This document shows, one piece after another, positions 1 through 12,141 of a stretch of 64,000 nt of DNA. The stretch comes from Selaginella moellendorffii (taxonomy: Eukaryota; Plantae; Lycopodiophyta). How positions within the stretch are numbered: position 1 is the stretch's first letter; every line of letters begins with the position of its first letter. The notes beneath the pieces were generated by a model. That model searched no databases. It saw only the letters and a list, made by a program, of their open reading frames with translations, and was not told the origin of the DNA. The stretch covers positions 373,036 through 437,035 of the forward strand of contig NW_003314337.1 in assembly GCF_000143415.4 (NCBI RefSeq), read 5' to 3'. The position numbers and the translations under genes are program-made.

Positions 1-933
1 ATGGAGGTTGATGCTACTATTACTCAATTCAAAGACAAGGGTGAAGATATGGTCATAGCCATGATGTTTGCTGCTAAGTGTATGATGAAGTTGGTTATAC
101 TTATCAGTGTTGTCGGCGTTTTCTGGATTGACGGCCTCTATTTCCTAGGTGGAGACCTTGGTGTCAACATTTTATTGGTTCTGCTACAATGGAAGGTCTG
201 GACACTATAGCATATGTGATCATAGAATGAGATTTTGATATACTATCACTATGGATCCTTGAAACCTTGGGGGATAAATGGGGATAAAATAGCCATTAAA
301 ACTTCTTTCATCAAGCAATTTCCTCTTTTCTAGTTGGCTTAAGGGGAGAAAAATAGGGTGCACTATATGTAATATTAGAGAAAATAGCACAGGTTTGATT
401 CCCATTAATTAGTGACTACTTAAAAATATAATATACCCTTGAACAAGGTATATTTCTACCCCTAAATTTGAAACTGTACATATTGGGCATCTATGCGTAC
501 GTCCTTCCTCTTGTGTGTAGTACCCATGGACAGAAAATATATCGAATCATTGGAAAATATAGGATTCACTAGCTAACAAAATTCAATAGCAAGTGGATCA
601 CCAAGAAAACTCAATGATAACACATAACAATCAAACAATTTAGATAGCATGCTAAATAACTTATAAAAGACAACATCCAAACACTCATGTATTTTAAATA
701 TCACAATAGCCAATTTTAATAGATCTCAGTCAACAACACTAAGGAACGAGAGTTGCATAAGTAAGCGCCAACAACATCCTACTCAAACAATAAACCAATT
801 CAGAGCAAACCACAAATAATATGTGGTAATATGAAAAACCAAAAGCCATTAAAGAGAATAACTAACTATCATGAAAGATTATTAATCATCCCATTAATGA
901 AGAGATGCACAATCATTGTCGAAGAAAGAATCT

Positions 934-1073
934 ACCTGTAAGCTCCTAAATTTGGACTTCCTAGGAGGTCACCCAACCCAGTACTATTCAAACCCAAGTC
1001 TTTCTTCGACTTGTAAGCTCCTAAATTCGGACTTCTTAGGAGGTCATCCAACCCAGTACTATTCAAACCCAAG
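934..1073. repeat. Two-copy tandem duplication, 75-bp period (TGTAAGCTCCTAAATT...TATTCAAACCCAAG)
   Basis: Near-identical ~65-bp copies start at 934 and 1009; ORF 916..1110 repeats TCKLLNxDFLGGHPTQYYSNP. Confidence 0.9.
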
Positions 1074-2332
1074 GACATTTAACCCCAAGTATCCCAAGAC
1101 CCTTAACTGATTGAAAAAGGGGGTGCACTCTTATTCATGGGCCCTTTCCTTCTATATTTGAACCCTATAGACCATCTCTCAAGTTGTTTTCTTTGGTTGC
1201 TTATAATTCACCATGTTTCCCTACAAGTTCACGCCCTCGTGAACAGAAGCTAAGAGCCATAACTCTCTCGAGAGCCATAGCTCTCCCGAGAGCCATGCTC
1301 TCTTGACACCCTACCCCTTGGGTCGAGCCTAGTAGAAGCAAACTAGACCAGCCAAATGTCAATGAACATGTGGTGTGATTCCCCTAGCCAACTAACAAAG
1401 TCAGAGGAAGTTTACCTTTTATTCTATGATGATTTACCATAGGATAACCACGAAATGGAACCTAAACCTTCTATGTGCCACATGTCATATGCTATGTGCC
1501 ATATGCCATATGTCTAAAGGACAGTGGTGTGGAACCCGAGTTTCAAAGCCTTGGGCCACTAAACGAAAAAATGGTGCCAAACTTTTAAACATGGAGCCAA
1601 GGAGCAATAGCACTAGAGCATGGAACAACTCCCGAACATACAATCCAAAGAGCGAAGGAATAGGAGCGTGGAGTAATTTGGAAGTATCTAACATCCCAAT
1701 GCCAGGACTAGCACACAAAACAGAGCCAAACAGAGTCTAGCACTATTTCAACATATAGGTACTCCACTAGCTAGCATGGTGTGGGATTTGGGTTTAGACC
1801 CAAGCTAGATGTAGAACAAAAATAGACACACAAGCAGGAGGTAGAATATGCCTCAAGTTGGTTGGCTATGCCCAACCTACCCACTATCCTTACTACATAT
1901 TTGAAACCCCCACAGCCCCCCCTCCCAATTCCATTTGCCGTCCCTATTTGTGTCATGTGGCAGTGCTAGTTTTCATTTTTTATGGCAATAGTTGTACACA
2001 TGCATGTGCACGGGATAAGGCAAACTTAGTTGTATGTGTGGGCAATCTTGAGCTTGGGTTGCAATCATTGCGGGTGGTGCCAAGGCAAGCTTTTGACTTC
2101 ATCCTTGGTATAGATTGATTGTAACGCAATCATGCAAAGTGTGATTTTAAGACTTTGCCCTTTTATCTTATACTTCTTTATATTTTATCCATTCCTCTCA
2201 CTTTTATACCTCTTCATCCTTTTATTTTTACCTTTGCTTTCATTACTTTTATCTCCCTATTACTTCTTCTTATGTTTTTTGTCTTGTTCCATCCTTCCCT
2301 TTTTTAATCCCTCTGATAATTTTTATGTTACA
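1012..2332. mobile_element. Possible solo/degenerate LTR (TGTAA...TTACA) with internal 18-bp repeats at ~1253-1302
   Basis: TG..CA-type termini, non-coding, next to an integrase relic; no clean TSD found. Confidence 0.3.
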
Positions 2333-2439
2333 ATATTTGACTGACTCATAAAAGAGTATGCCGATCTCTTTGAATTTGATCTATTGTTTAAGGCCAAAAT
2401 TGCCACACGTCATCCAATTCCAAATAGAGATGCTCGTCC

Positions 2440-2730
2440 AATCAAGAGTGGATTCTTTCGGATAATGATCTCACATTTATGGTTGAGGCATTTCATGTTT
2501 TGATATATCGATTGGGGATACACCACACTTTCACGAGTGATTATCATCTATAGTCAAACAGTTTGGTGAAATGGTTTATTCGGAAATTCAAAGGGATAAT
2601 CACAAAGTATATAAAATTTTAGCATTCGGATTGGGATAGTTATTTGCCGTCTCCTCGGTATGTATATATCATAAGGGTGTAGAGTTCTATTGGTGCTTCA
2701 CTATATAAACTCTTATATAGTCATGATCCA
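2440..2730 (+). mobile_element. Degenerate Ty3/Gypsy integrase core relic
   Basis: Reads WILSDNDLTFMVEAF..GIHHTFTSDYHL*SNSLVKWFIRKFKGII..DWDSYLP..SSIGASLYKLLYSHDP, matching the rve motifs SDNG, TSxYHPQSNGxVER, DWDxxLP and GxSPYxLLYG, with stops. Confidence 0.75.
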
Positions 2731-4165
2731 ATATTACCAACAGAGTTAGGATTACCACAAGCTACCAATGTTAGGTCGTGGGATTAGTATTTGATATGCA
2801 TTCTTCCACTTATCCGAGCAAAGTCTACCAAACACCTAAACTATATACAAGTGGGACAACAATGGCACTATAACTTCTATTATCATCCACATGCGGAATA
2901 CAAAATGGATGACTTGGTGTTAATTTGTTTTCCCCATCTTACAGTATATGGTTTATCTAAGAGGCTTCTTGCTCAGTGAAAAAGACTATGTCAATTGGTA
3001 CAACAAGTTGAACCACAAGTTTATGAGGTTTGGCATGACGTCTAACAAACCAATCCTCTAGAAATTGTGCATATGCAATAGTTGAAATGTTTTGTACAAA
3101 GGGATCAAAAATAATTATTACCACTTACAAATCTACTGATGCCTCCTTTTGATATTCTTTTAGATCCCGGCCCATTTACAAGAGAACTTTGATGGCCTTC
3201 TATTATTCCAAGAGGAGGGGATGATATGAGGTTCAAGTGTACGACTACAATGTCATTTACTAATATTAGCATAGTGGGATTTTAATAGCCATTGGATTGA
3301 TTTCAATTTGGACCATAAATTAAGGTTTTTGGGCGAATTGATATGCATATTTTCTTTATTTCCTTTCTATATTCCATGCACTTATAATATTAAGTAAATT
3401 TACTTTCTATTATGTGCTACTTTTTTATATTAAATATTTTATAGATACTACTTTAGTAGTAGTTAGATTCTAATCTTTTTTCTATCTTTACATTTTTAAG
3501 TTTTTGGAAGAAAAGAAAGTTTCAATTTAAACTTCTCTTCAAAAAGAAAAGAGAAAGTTAAATTTTTCTAAGTTTAAAGATAAAAAGGAACACACATTAT
3601 CCAAATAAAAAGCTTTTTGTCAAAAAATTCATTAATTAAAATTTTTTTTTCTTGAGAATCTTAAGGATGGAAGAATAGATAAATCAAACATAAATCAAAC
3701 ATAATATCACAAACATAAATCAAGGAGGAAATTAAAAAATGGCAATCCCATACAAGTAGAAAGCATTAACTTCTCTCTTTGTCCCCAGAGCTTCTTATTT
3801 TGATTGCTCTTCTTGTTGTCTCATCGCTTTCCTTTAGATACTTCACCAAATCTTGGAGAAACTTCTCTGGAACCCTATCTCCTTATCTTCTATCCAATCA
3901 TATGACAAGTAGAGTGCTAGCATGAAAGCTTGAGCAGCTCAAAAACAGGCAAATTTCCTGATCACTCCCATTCTATCCTTGCTTCACAGCTTTCATCATC
4001 TCCTGCTTCAGCCCGGATCCTAGATCTTCCTTCACGCCTTTCAGATCTACTACAATCCAGAAAGGACCATGGCTTTCCAAATGAATAAGCAAAATCGGCC
4101 AGCTGGAAAAATCAATATTTCGTGTTTAATAGCCCCCGGCAGAAACGCAGGTGGAACTTTTTAAC

Positions 4166-6802
4166 TCACTCGAGAACAGCGTTGTACCAAAAAGCCTGGG
4201 CATGAAGCGACAGAGAATCTTTGTATTTCTTCGAGGAACCCACGCGTAGGCCGCCGTCAATCCAGTCACTGCGCTGAATCCAAGACTCCCGAGAGAAGTC
4301 CAAAACTCCCAGCACCTATAGCACAAACCATTGAGGCTCAGACAAACATTTGCCAAATTCTTTTACCACTCCTCCTTTCCAAGAAAGTATGGAAGGATCA
4401 GCTCGATTTGATAGCACCTACACGAAATTTTTTATAGTGTGAGGACCTGAATTGGTTTCGATTCTGGTTACCTCAACTTTATCAATCCCTTCCTGGTGAG
4501 AAACTGTGTGGACAATTCTGCGTGCTACAAACGTAAGGGATTGATAAAACGAATCGAAATACGCACTTATCTTCAATAAATTCGGCAATGCCTGGTGTAG
4601 AGGCTACTCCTCCAACCTGTAAGGCGACTGACTCATGCTCGATTAGAAAAAAAAACGGAAGGCTTACCAGGAGGATACTTGAGAAAAACTTCATCTTTAA
4701 GTCCAAGCGACCTGTAAAATACCGGCAATGCTTAATGCGACTGAAGACTATAGTTACCCATTGATAGGACACTGCTGACAATGGCTTCATGTAGTCCTAG
4801 AAGAGAATTGCCAGATGGAGAAAGTGCAGAGCTATGACCGTTCGTAAATTGTTCATTGCTGAAGGCCGTCATTCCTGCCTCCACCGGGTCCACTAGCATG
4901 TCTTCGTGATCAGAATAGTACCTACATTATTTCTCTAGCTTTGGTTGATGGTCTCCCTTAAAGCTTACCAAGACCTCGGTGGAAACATACGTTCCTCGGG
5001 TGTAAGGAGTGACGGATAAAACAGGCCAGCAGGTGGCACCTGTTCGTAGACCATCAGAGACGAAAAACTTGAAGCAAATTCTTACATTGAGTGCGACTAA
5101 AGTAACTTTGTAAAGATCGGACTCGCCAGGGGTGCAAGAAAACACATCTGCCGTTGCAGTGAGATCACCGCCAACCTGCGCATACAGTCAGTGCGAGACA
5201 GTCGGGGAAAGACTTACACTTAAAGCACAGTGAGCTTGCTTTAGACGATCAAGCATTGTCATGTCCAAAGAATTAGTCAATGGATCGGTTTTTAGAAGGG
5301 GCCAGTTCCCGTGCCTTTGTTGGACCCATAAAAGACATCTTGATATGTCCTACAGTTCACATGAAGTTAGAAAAGCATGTGAACTCACATGATGTACCTC
5401 TCCACCATATGGAAGAATTTTCTGAGAGACTGATATAGACACACCGTCCTAACGGTAGAAAACAATTGAAGTTAAAACAGCGACAAAACATTTACGCAGC
5501 CTTGCCTCAACACAGATTATAGAAGTAACTTGAGCCCCCATTTGAACTACGCATGCAGATGAAACGCCATTTCCAAATGTAGCTGAAACGCATTCCTACA
5601 CTTAACGACATCAAACTAAAGCGTAAGGAAGCTGAAGAAGAGGTACCTGATGGACAACTACAGAGTGGAACTCTAAATCCCTCAGTAGAACCGAGACTAC
5701 CTCCTTAACTTCTGCAAGTAAGTTAGTAAGCATTTGGCGCTCCTTCTGATTAGACAAACCTCTATTGTCAAAAGTATCAGGAACAACGAGAACCGCAGAT
5801 AAGTTCCGTCGTCCCGCCTTGCTAATTAACATCTTTTCTGCCAGTACCCAGTTCCAAATAGCATACATATCGTCGCAAACCTATAAATATTTTAAGTAAA
5901 GCACAGAGATCGTAGTTGTAAATTTACCTGTTGCATGGGATACTGTGGCGAAACATTCAAGCGACCCCTGCACATTGGCCTTCTCAGCACATAAGGTTGA
6001 GAAGCTGGGATCCTTAAGGCCTCCTCTCCACATATACAGCGGCGATAAACAGGAGCGCATTCATCGTTAGCTACAGAGACAGATGAAGCACACTTCAAAC
6101 AGAGACGTCAAATTTCTCGTGAATACTACCCCTTTGCATACCTCGTTCCATTACTTGTGTCCATGGCAGCTCCAACTTCTTTTCTTGCTCACATTTTACA
6201 TACCCTCCTCGAACAACCTCTTCCTAAAGTAAAGCACAAATCTTAGTTGTCAAACCATGAAAAAGAGTAAACTACCTTCGAGACGTCCATGCCATTTGTG
6301 TCATTGCCAGGAACTCCTAACAAGGCTTCAACCTGGAGAGAGGATTCCATTTTGTTTAGAAGTCGAACGGCTTCAAACGAGTCACCTTAAGGCACATCTC
6401 TTCTCGATCTCTTCGTAAAACTGGTAGAGTGGCCTGTTATCAGCAATTAGCATGAAACCAAGAAAATGCGAAGGTAAAATAGTGCGGCTACATACCACTT
6501 GTTCACCTATAGCCCCATTTCTAGTCCCAGAATCCTCACATTTTCCGTTTCCCGCGGAATGCCAGGCAACACAATGCGGCACTACGACCGGATCTTGCCA
6601 CGATCCCAGCCCGACGCGAAGATTGGACGATCCTACAGCGCAGAATCCAGATTCCGGTCAATGCTGCAAATGAATCTGGAAATTTTTCCACACCTGGATT
6701 GATCACGACGAGCTCCAGGCCTCGCTCCGCGATAAGCTGGGTCGGCTGGAGTGATTTGTAGTAATCCATCGCCTTGGCGCCTCCTCCTCCGCCCTCGGCC
6801 AT
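4166..6802 (-). CDS. ARP9: Actin-related protein 9 (ARP8-like, INO80 complex), multi-exon
   Basis: N-term MDYYKSLQPTQLIAERGLELVVINPG; PMCRGRLNVSPQYPMQQV; C-term SWKGGV|VLGVLDFSRESWIQRSDWIDGG..KKYKDS; GT-AG introns. Confidence 0.92.
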
Positions 6803-6997
6803 GGCCAAGAAATTCGAAGCCCTTGTAAAACCCTAGAAATAGGACAACTGCCCAAATGCCAGAAGCCCATAGGTTAAATGCCCCAATAGGCATTAAGGCA
6901 GAGATCTCTCTGTTTTGTTCTCTCTCCCTCACGCTCTTCCTCTTAGGTCTGTAAATACACGATCTTTTCTTCTCTGGCCGCCACCGCGATCGCGATT

Positions 6998-8303
6998 ATG
7001 GCGCTGCCCCTTCTCTCCCTCGCGATCCTGTCCTCCTTCGTCTTCGCAGCTTCCGCAAGCAATCACACATGGAGCGGCGGCGGCGGCGGCGGCGGCAGCA
7101 TCGACCAAGCCCGGCTGCGATTGTTCTTGGAGGAGACGGCCTGGTACAATCATCTGGTGCTGCGACCGCTGGCTCTCCACTTCGATTCCATGCCGCATGC
7201 TCTCCGGACATGGCTTCGCAACTACATCGCGGGGCTCATCGTCTACTTCCTCTCGGGCGGCCTCTGGTGCCTCTACATTTACTGGTGGAAGCCCCGGATC
7301 TATTTCCCAAACGGTATGATTTGTTCCTGGTAAGGCCCTGATCTAGGCTGCTCATCCTAGGATCTTTCTTGAAATTCATGCGTCCTAGATCCAAGAATTC
7401 CTGGAAATTTCCAAGACTCTTAAGCTTCCTTGAGCTAGAGGCAGGATTTTGGGCTTGCTAGTCCGTGATTCATAGAAATCGAGTCTTAGAACCCTCTCTC
7501 TATCATTCTAGATCGGGATTTTTTTTGTTTCTAACATTGAGCATTGTTCTTGCAGGAGGGATTCCAAAGCCGGAGCCAATATGGCTCCAGATCAAAGTGT
7601 CGATGAAGGCGATGCCACTCTACACGCTGCTCCCGACGGTGTCCGAGTACATGGTGGAGAGAGGCTGGACCAAATGCTTCCCTCGAATTAGCGACGTGGG
7701 CTTCCCCACCTACATTGTCCTGTCGCTCACGTACTTGGTGGTGGTGGAGTTTGGCATCTACTGGATGCACCGTGGTCTTCACGACATCAAGCCTCTCTAC
7801 AAGCTACTCCACGCGACGCATCACATTTACAACAAGCAGGACACACTGTCGCCATTCGCGGGTAAGAAAAACTTTCTTCTTTGCAAAGTTAGCTAGCAAT
7901 CTCTTGAGTATCTAGATGCAAAGCTAGCTAGCAGTATCTCGAGTATAGATGCAGAGTTAGCTAGCAATCTCTCGAGTATAGATGTCTGATGAGTATGTGA
8001 TTACTACTCCAAACAGGGCTGGCGTTCCACCCGATCGACGGGATTTTGCAAGCGCTACCGCACGTCCTGGCGCTGTTCGTGGTGCCGATGCATTTCTTCA
8101 CTCACGAGTTTTTCTTGTTCCTCGAAGGCATCTGGACGACCAACATCCACGATTGCATCGATGGGGAAGTGTGGCCGATAATGGGAGCCGCATACCACAC
8201 CATCCATCACACGACTTACAAGCACAACTACGGCCACTATACGGTGTGGATGGACTGGATGTGCGGGACACTGAACGAACCAGCTCGGCCAAAGGAGGCG
8301 TAG
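6998..8303 (+). CDS. STE1: Delta7-sterol C5-desaturase; exons 6998-7313, 7556-7861, 8017-8303
   Basis: His boxes HRGLH, HATHH and HTIHH; SPFAG|LAFHP; [11 protein letters not shown]. Confidence 0.95.
7882..7984. repeat. ~3 imperfect ~33-bp palindrome-rich tandem units in STE1 intron 2
   Basis: (GTT)AGCTAGCAATCTC..GAGTAT(CT)AGATGCA repeated. Confidence 0.8.
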
Positions 8304-8642
8304 AAAGCTCGAAGCTTCGTTTGTGAGATATCTCCTTTACTTTTTTCACTTTCTAAGCCTTTTGTTCGTTATTTCTTTGTTCTCTTCTTTTCCTGCAGCT
8401 GGGCAATTCGCTCATAAATTATCAAGCTCGTCCCCTGTTGAGATACGTTTTGTTCATTAGTTTGGAGGCTGCATATTTTTCTAAGCCAGCATACGACGGC
8501 TTTCAAAGAAACTAAAATAAAAGGAAAGGGACATCATGATTCAATCAAGGATGATAAAAAATATTCAAACAATGGAATGACAGCAGGCTTGCAAAGATTC
8601 CATCGAGGAATAAATTATTCGTTGACGGCCACCTCGATTTGG

Positions 8643-10074
8643 CTACGCGGCCTCGGCAGCACTGTCCTGTTGTGCAAAACAGTGCTTCCCAATTGACAAG
8701 CTTTGGTGAATTCCTTACCTTGCGCAAGAGAGGCTTTTGCAAAGAGTTATCTTTCTTTTCCTTGGACTGTCCCCATATCAATAAATACAAGCCCGAGACG
8801 ACGAGTGCAGCTCCCACCATGCTGCGAAAACGAACAAAATGTAATTATCAGGCTTGGATTGCATGTATCCAACACCGTCTTACCTTCCTAGTCGAAATCC
8901 TTCTCTCAAGAAGAGAAAACTCAGCACTGCAACAGCCACTGTCTCGAGGGGCTGATACGCCGCTACTGTCACTGGGCCGCATCGTTTAATTCCCCACGAC
9001 TGTATCGCAGAGACCAACCCCGAGGCGACTACACCCTTCAAAGAAAACAAACAAAGAGAGCTCAAACCGCGGAGAGAAGAGGAAATCCAAACGACTTACA
9101 GCATATACAACTGTAATGGTGGCCGACGTTGAATTTAGCTTCCACCTCGAGAAGTTGCGATCGATCATAAGAGCCAGGATGGCGAGCTCAATGCAACCGA
9201 TTCCAATCGATATAGAAGCGATGGATAGCGGAGCAGGAAATGTCTTCATGAGTTGCGCCTGTTGTGGACATGAACCGTCGGCTTTAAGATCACCAAAGAT
9301 CTACAATTAAATACCTGTAAGATCAGGAAGATGGCAAAAGACAGGAACGCTGCCGTCAGGATCACAACGCCTAGATTCCATGAGCTGAAGTGAAACCCAT
9401 GGAGCAAGCGATTGCCTGGAGAAGGCGGCCGTATGATCTCTGCTCCTCTGTAGAGGGACATTATCAGTGCACCAGTAACTCCGAAAGTAGTCCCAAGAAT
9501 CTTAGCTTGTCCTTCTCGAGTTCTAAGCTTTACTCGCTCTATTCTGCAAAAAGGAAGAATTATAAGCAACATCATAGTGTGGTGCATACCCGATAAAGTA
9601 AGATATTAGGAAAGTGAAGACAGGCATCGAGTTCCTGTAGGCTGAAGTGAAGGAAGCCGATGTGTATCTCAGGCCCAATATATAGCTCATCTGGTTGCCA
9701 AGGATCCTGCATCAGTCAATACACAAGCTTGAATATCACTAGAAAGCAAAGAAGTACTGTGTACCCGATCGTCCCGAGACACAGAAACATCGGAAGTTGT
9801 GCCCACTCTAGCTTTGGTCGCTCGTTTCTGCAGGAAATGCAACTTCTTTGACGCTTGCACCACCAAATCTGTGAGCTATATACCTCTCCAACCAGTAAGC
9901 AAGCGGTGCCAGCACCAGGAAAGCAATCGCGTTCCTGTATACTGGGAAAACAAAAGGACTGAAGCCATCGATGAGAAGATTCCGGGTCAGTATCTCAAAC
10001 CCGGCAAACCCAAGCTGCAAGACCACAAGAGCCGCGTGAACCTTGAGCTTCTCAAAGAGATCGATTGGTTGCAT
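8643..10074 (-). CDS. WAT1-related/UMAMIT (EamA, MtN21) transporter, multi-exon
   Basis: VHAALVVLQLGFAGFEILTR..FPVYRNAIAFLVLAPLAYWLE; GQAKILGT; GPVTVAAYQPL; GAALVVSGLYLLIWG. Confidence 0.92.
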
Positions 10075-10189
10075 GGCTTTGAAAACAAGTAATTCCCACC
10101 GTCTACCCCTGGAGCTCGTTTCGAAGAACCGGCCCCCACCCAAATATTATCATCCCTGTTCTTGTCTGCGACCTCGTTCCTATCCTCTC

Positions 10190-11215
10190 CTACCTTTGCC
10201 ACCATGAGGAACAAGTGACAGCTGGTCTTGATGGACAGACATGTGTTCCGCTGGAAGATTTGTTGGTAAAAGCAGTTATGACTCGCAGCCCGATCCACTG
10301 TAGAGCCAAAATACCAGCAATCGCTAGAGTCTGCCATTTGGACACTGTCGCCGAAGGCTGCTGCTGCTGCTGCATGTCCTGCGGCGGCTCGAAGGCGTTG
10401 GAAGAATTTGTCAGTGCTAGGCCCAGGCTGCCCACTGATATGACTCCACTTGGAGCCTCATCCATTGCCTGGAACTCGATAGCGTGAGGCTCGGCCTGGC
10501 ACACTGCAAAAGTTCCCGATGAGAATTTGAAACTAGATAGCAATATCAAGAATGCACCGCTGGATGATGCAGGCATTGAAGCACGAAGTTAGGAGATCAT
10601 GATTCAAGAGATTGCAATCCCACCATCTTTGTAGAATGAAACTACCAACGATGCAGACAGCGAAAATGGCAGAGAGACTGCCGAAGCTACTGTTAATCAT
10701 CGATGCTATCAACAAAGAGAAAAAGCTTGCTAGAAACTAAGAAAGCACCACCTTCAATGAATAGGATGACAGGCATTTGGAATGCATGGAAAAGAAGAGA
10801 ACTTTACCTCCGAGAGGACTATCAGCGGAAGAGCAATTGACATCGAGGCAGTAGGGACCCGGCTTGAGGCCTGTGAAGACGAGCGTCGCGCTAGGTTGGA
10901 ATTCCCGGACAACGTTTTCGAAATCGCTGGCATTGTAGAAAAGAAACACACGGCACGATGCCTTGCACTCGTCATCCGCGATCGCGATCGAGACCGTGTA
11001 CACTGCCTGCGGGAACTCCAACTCTACGGGCAACACGAAATATTTCAGCGTTACAAGCAAAAGATGCGAAGAAAGAGCGCTTCACTCTCGTAATCTTGCG
11101 CGCGGCCGGAGCGCCACACCTGATCACAAGCTACATTCTCAAGACATCATCCGATCTTCCCGCTGCGTACCAGAGAAACAACGAGAAAGGCCGCCATCGC
11201 CATCGTCATGGCCAT
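10190..11215 (-). CDS. Orphan putative secreted/single-pass protein with an Ig-like beta-sandwich motif; 3' structure uncertain
   Basis: Spliced model MAMTMAMAAFLVVSL|VWRSGRAQDYE|LEFPQAVYTVSI..TLVFTGLKPGPYCLDVNC; downstream hydrophobic WQTLAIAGILALQWIGL; TTAGGGTT upstream of the ATG. Confidence 0.55.
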
Positions 11216-11293
11216 CGAAGAAAGCAAGATTAGGGTTCTTGAGTAAACAAAGAACTTCTTTCTATTTAGCGAAGAGCAAAGTGCGCTCGATTG

Positions 11294-12040
11294 TCAATCA
11301 TCGTCGGAATCATACTTACCATACTTGTTCCTCATCCGCATGAAATCCTTGGGGTAGCCGCTGCGCTCCGCCTCCTCCTCCGCTAGCCTCTTCGTGCTCT
11401 TGAGCACCGCCTTCATGTCCACCACCGCGTACACCTTCTTGGGATCCAACTCCGCGAGCTCGCGGGTGATGTTCCCCGGCTCGTCCGGAAGCATCACTCC
11501 AAACGCACTTGCCTTGTCAAGCATGCTCTCGAACTCCTTCTGGTTCTGGAATTTGAGCTGCATCGCGCGACCCAAGCTTACCAGCGTGATGGGCACATTC
11601 TTGTTGTCAAATCTGGGCTTGGGCGGTGGCGGCGGTGGCGGCGGCGGAGGAACGTAGTACTCTTGCTGCTGCTGCTCCTGCTGGGATTGATAGGGAGGAG
11701 GAGACGAGTACTCGGCGTCGTAGATCGGTCCTCCGGGAGAGTAATCTTCGTAGGAATTGTTGCTTGGATCGGTGAAGTCCTCCGCTTCGGCGTAATCCTC
11801 TCCTCCCTGGGGCGCAAAGCCCTGGCCGCCTTGATCGGAACCCTGTCCCTGAGAAGAAAAATTCCCCTGGCCTTGAAATCCCTGGCCCTGGGGAGATGGA
11901 GCGCCTTCAGGAGGAGGAGGGGCCGTAAATCCTTGGCCCTGAGCAGCCGCATTGCAATATCCTGCCTGGAATCGCTTGGCCACCGCCAATCCCGTCGCCC
12001 GCCGCCGCAACAGCGCCCTCGCCAAGCCCCCAATCGCCAT
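11294..12040 (-). CDS. Intronless, probably mitochondrion-targeted protein of unknown function (paralogue A): presequence, Q/G/P low-complexity linker, ~105-aa C-terminal domain
   Basis: 248-aa ATG ORF; Arg/Ala/Leu-rich, acid-free N-terminus; C-terminal domain homologous to 12142..12573. Confidence 0.85.
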   Translation of the reverse strand: MAIGGLARALLRRRATGLAVAKRFQAGYCNAAAQGQGFTAPPPPEGAPSPQGQGFQGQGNFSSQGQGSDQGGQGFAPQGGEDYAEAEDFTDPSNNSYEDYSPGGPIYDAEYSSPPPYQSQQEQQQQEYYVPPPPPPPPPPKPRFDNKNVPITLVSLGRAMQLKFQNQKEFESMLDKASAFGVMLPDEPGNITRELAELDPKKVYAVVDMKAVLKSTKRLAEEEAERSGYPKDFMRMRNKYGKYDSDDD

Positions 12041-12141
12041 AGCTCGGTAGAACCCTAAACCCTGAACCCCACCATTTTACGCCGAATTTGGGTTCGAATC
12101 CACCGCCGTGATGGATTGGATTAGGGCATTCGTGATCGGCG
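12041..12141. promoter_or_regulatory. 101-bp bidirectional spacer with telo-box motifs, a CCAAT box on the minus strand and a B-box-like GGTTCGAATCC
   Basis: AACCCTAAACCCT at 12051-12063; TTAGGG at 12121; ATTGG at ~12115; GGTTCGAATCC at 12091-12101. Confidence 0.7.

Noticed and set aside
1-900. Short ORFs at the window start
   Set aside because: AT-rich, no recognisable motifs; probably repeat-derived but unclassifiable by eye.
12033-12112. Functional tRNA gene
   Set aside because: A/B-box-like motifs are present but the anticodon arm and T stem do not fold; kept only as a motif observation.
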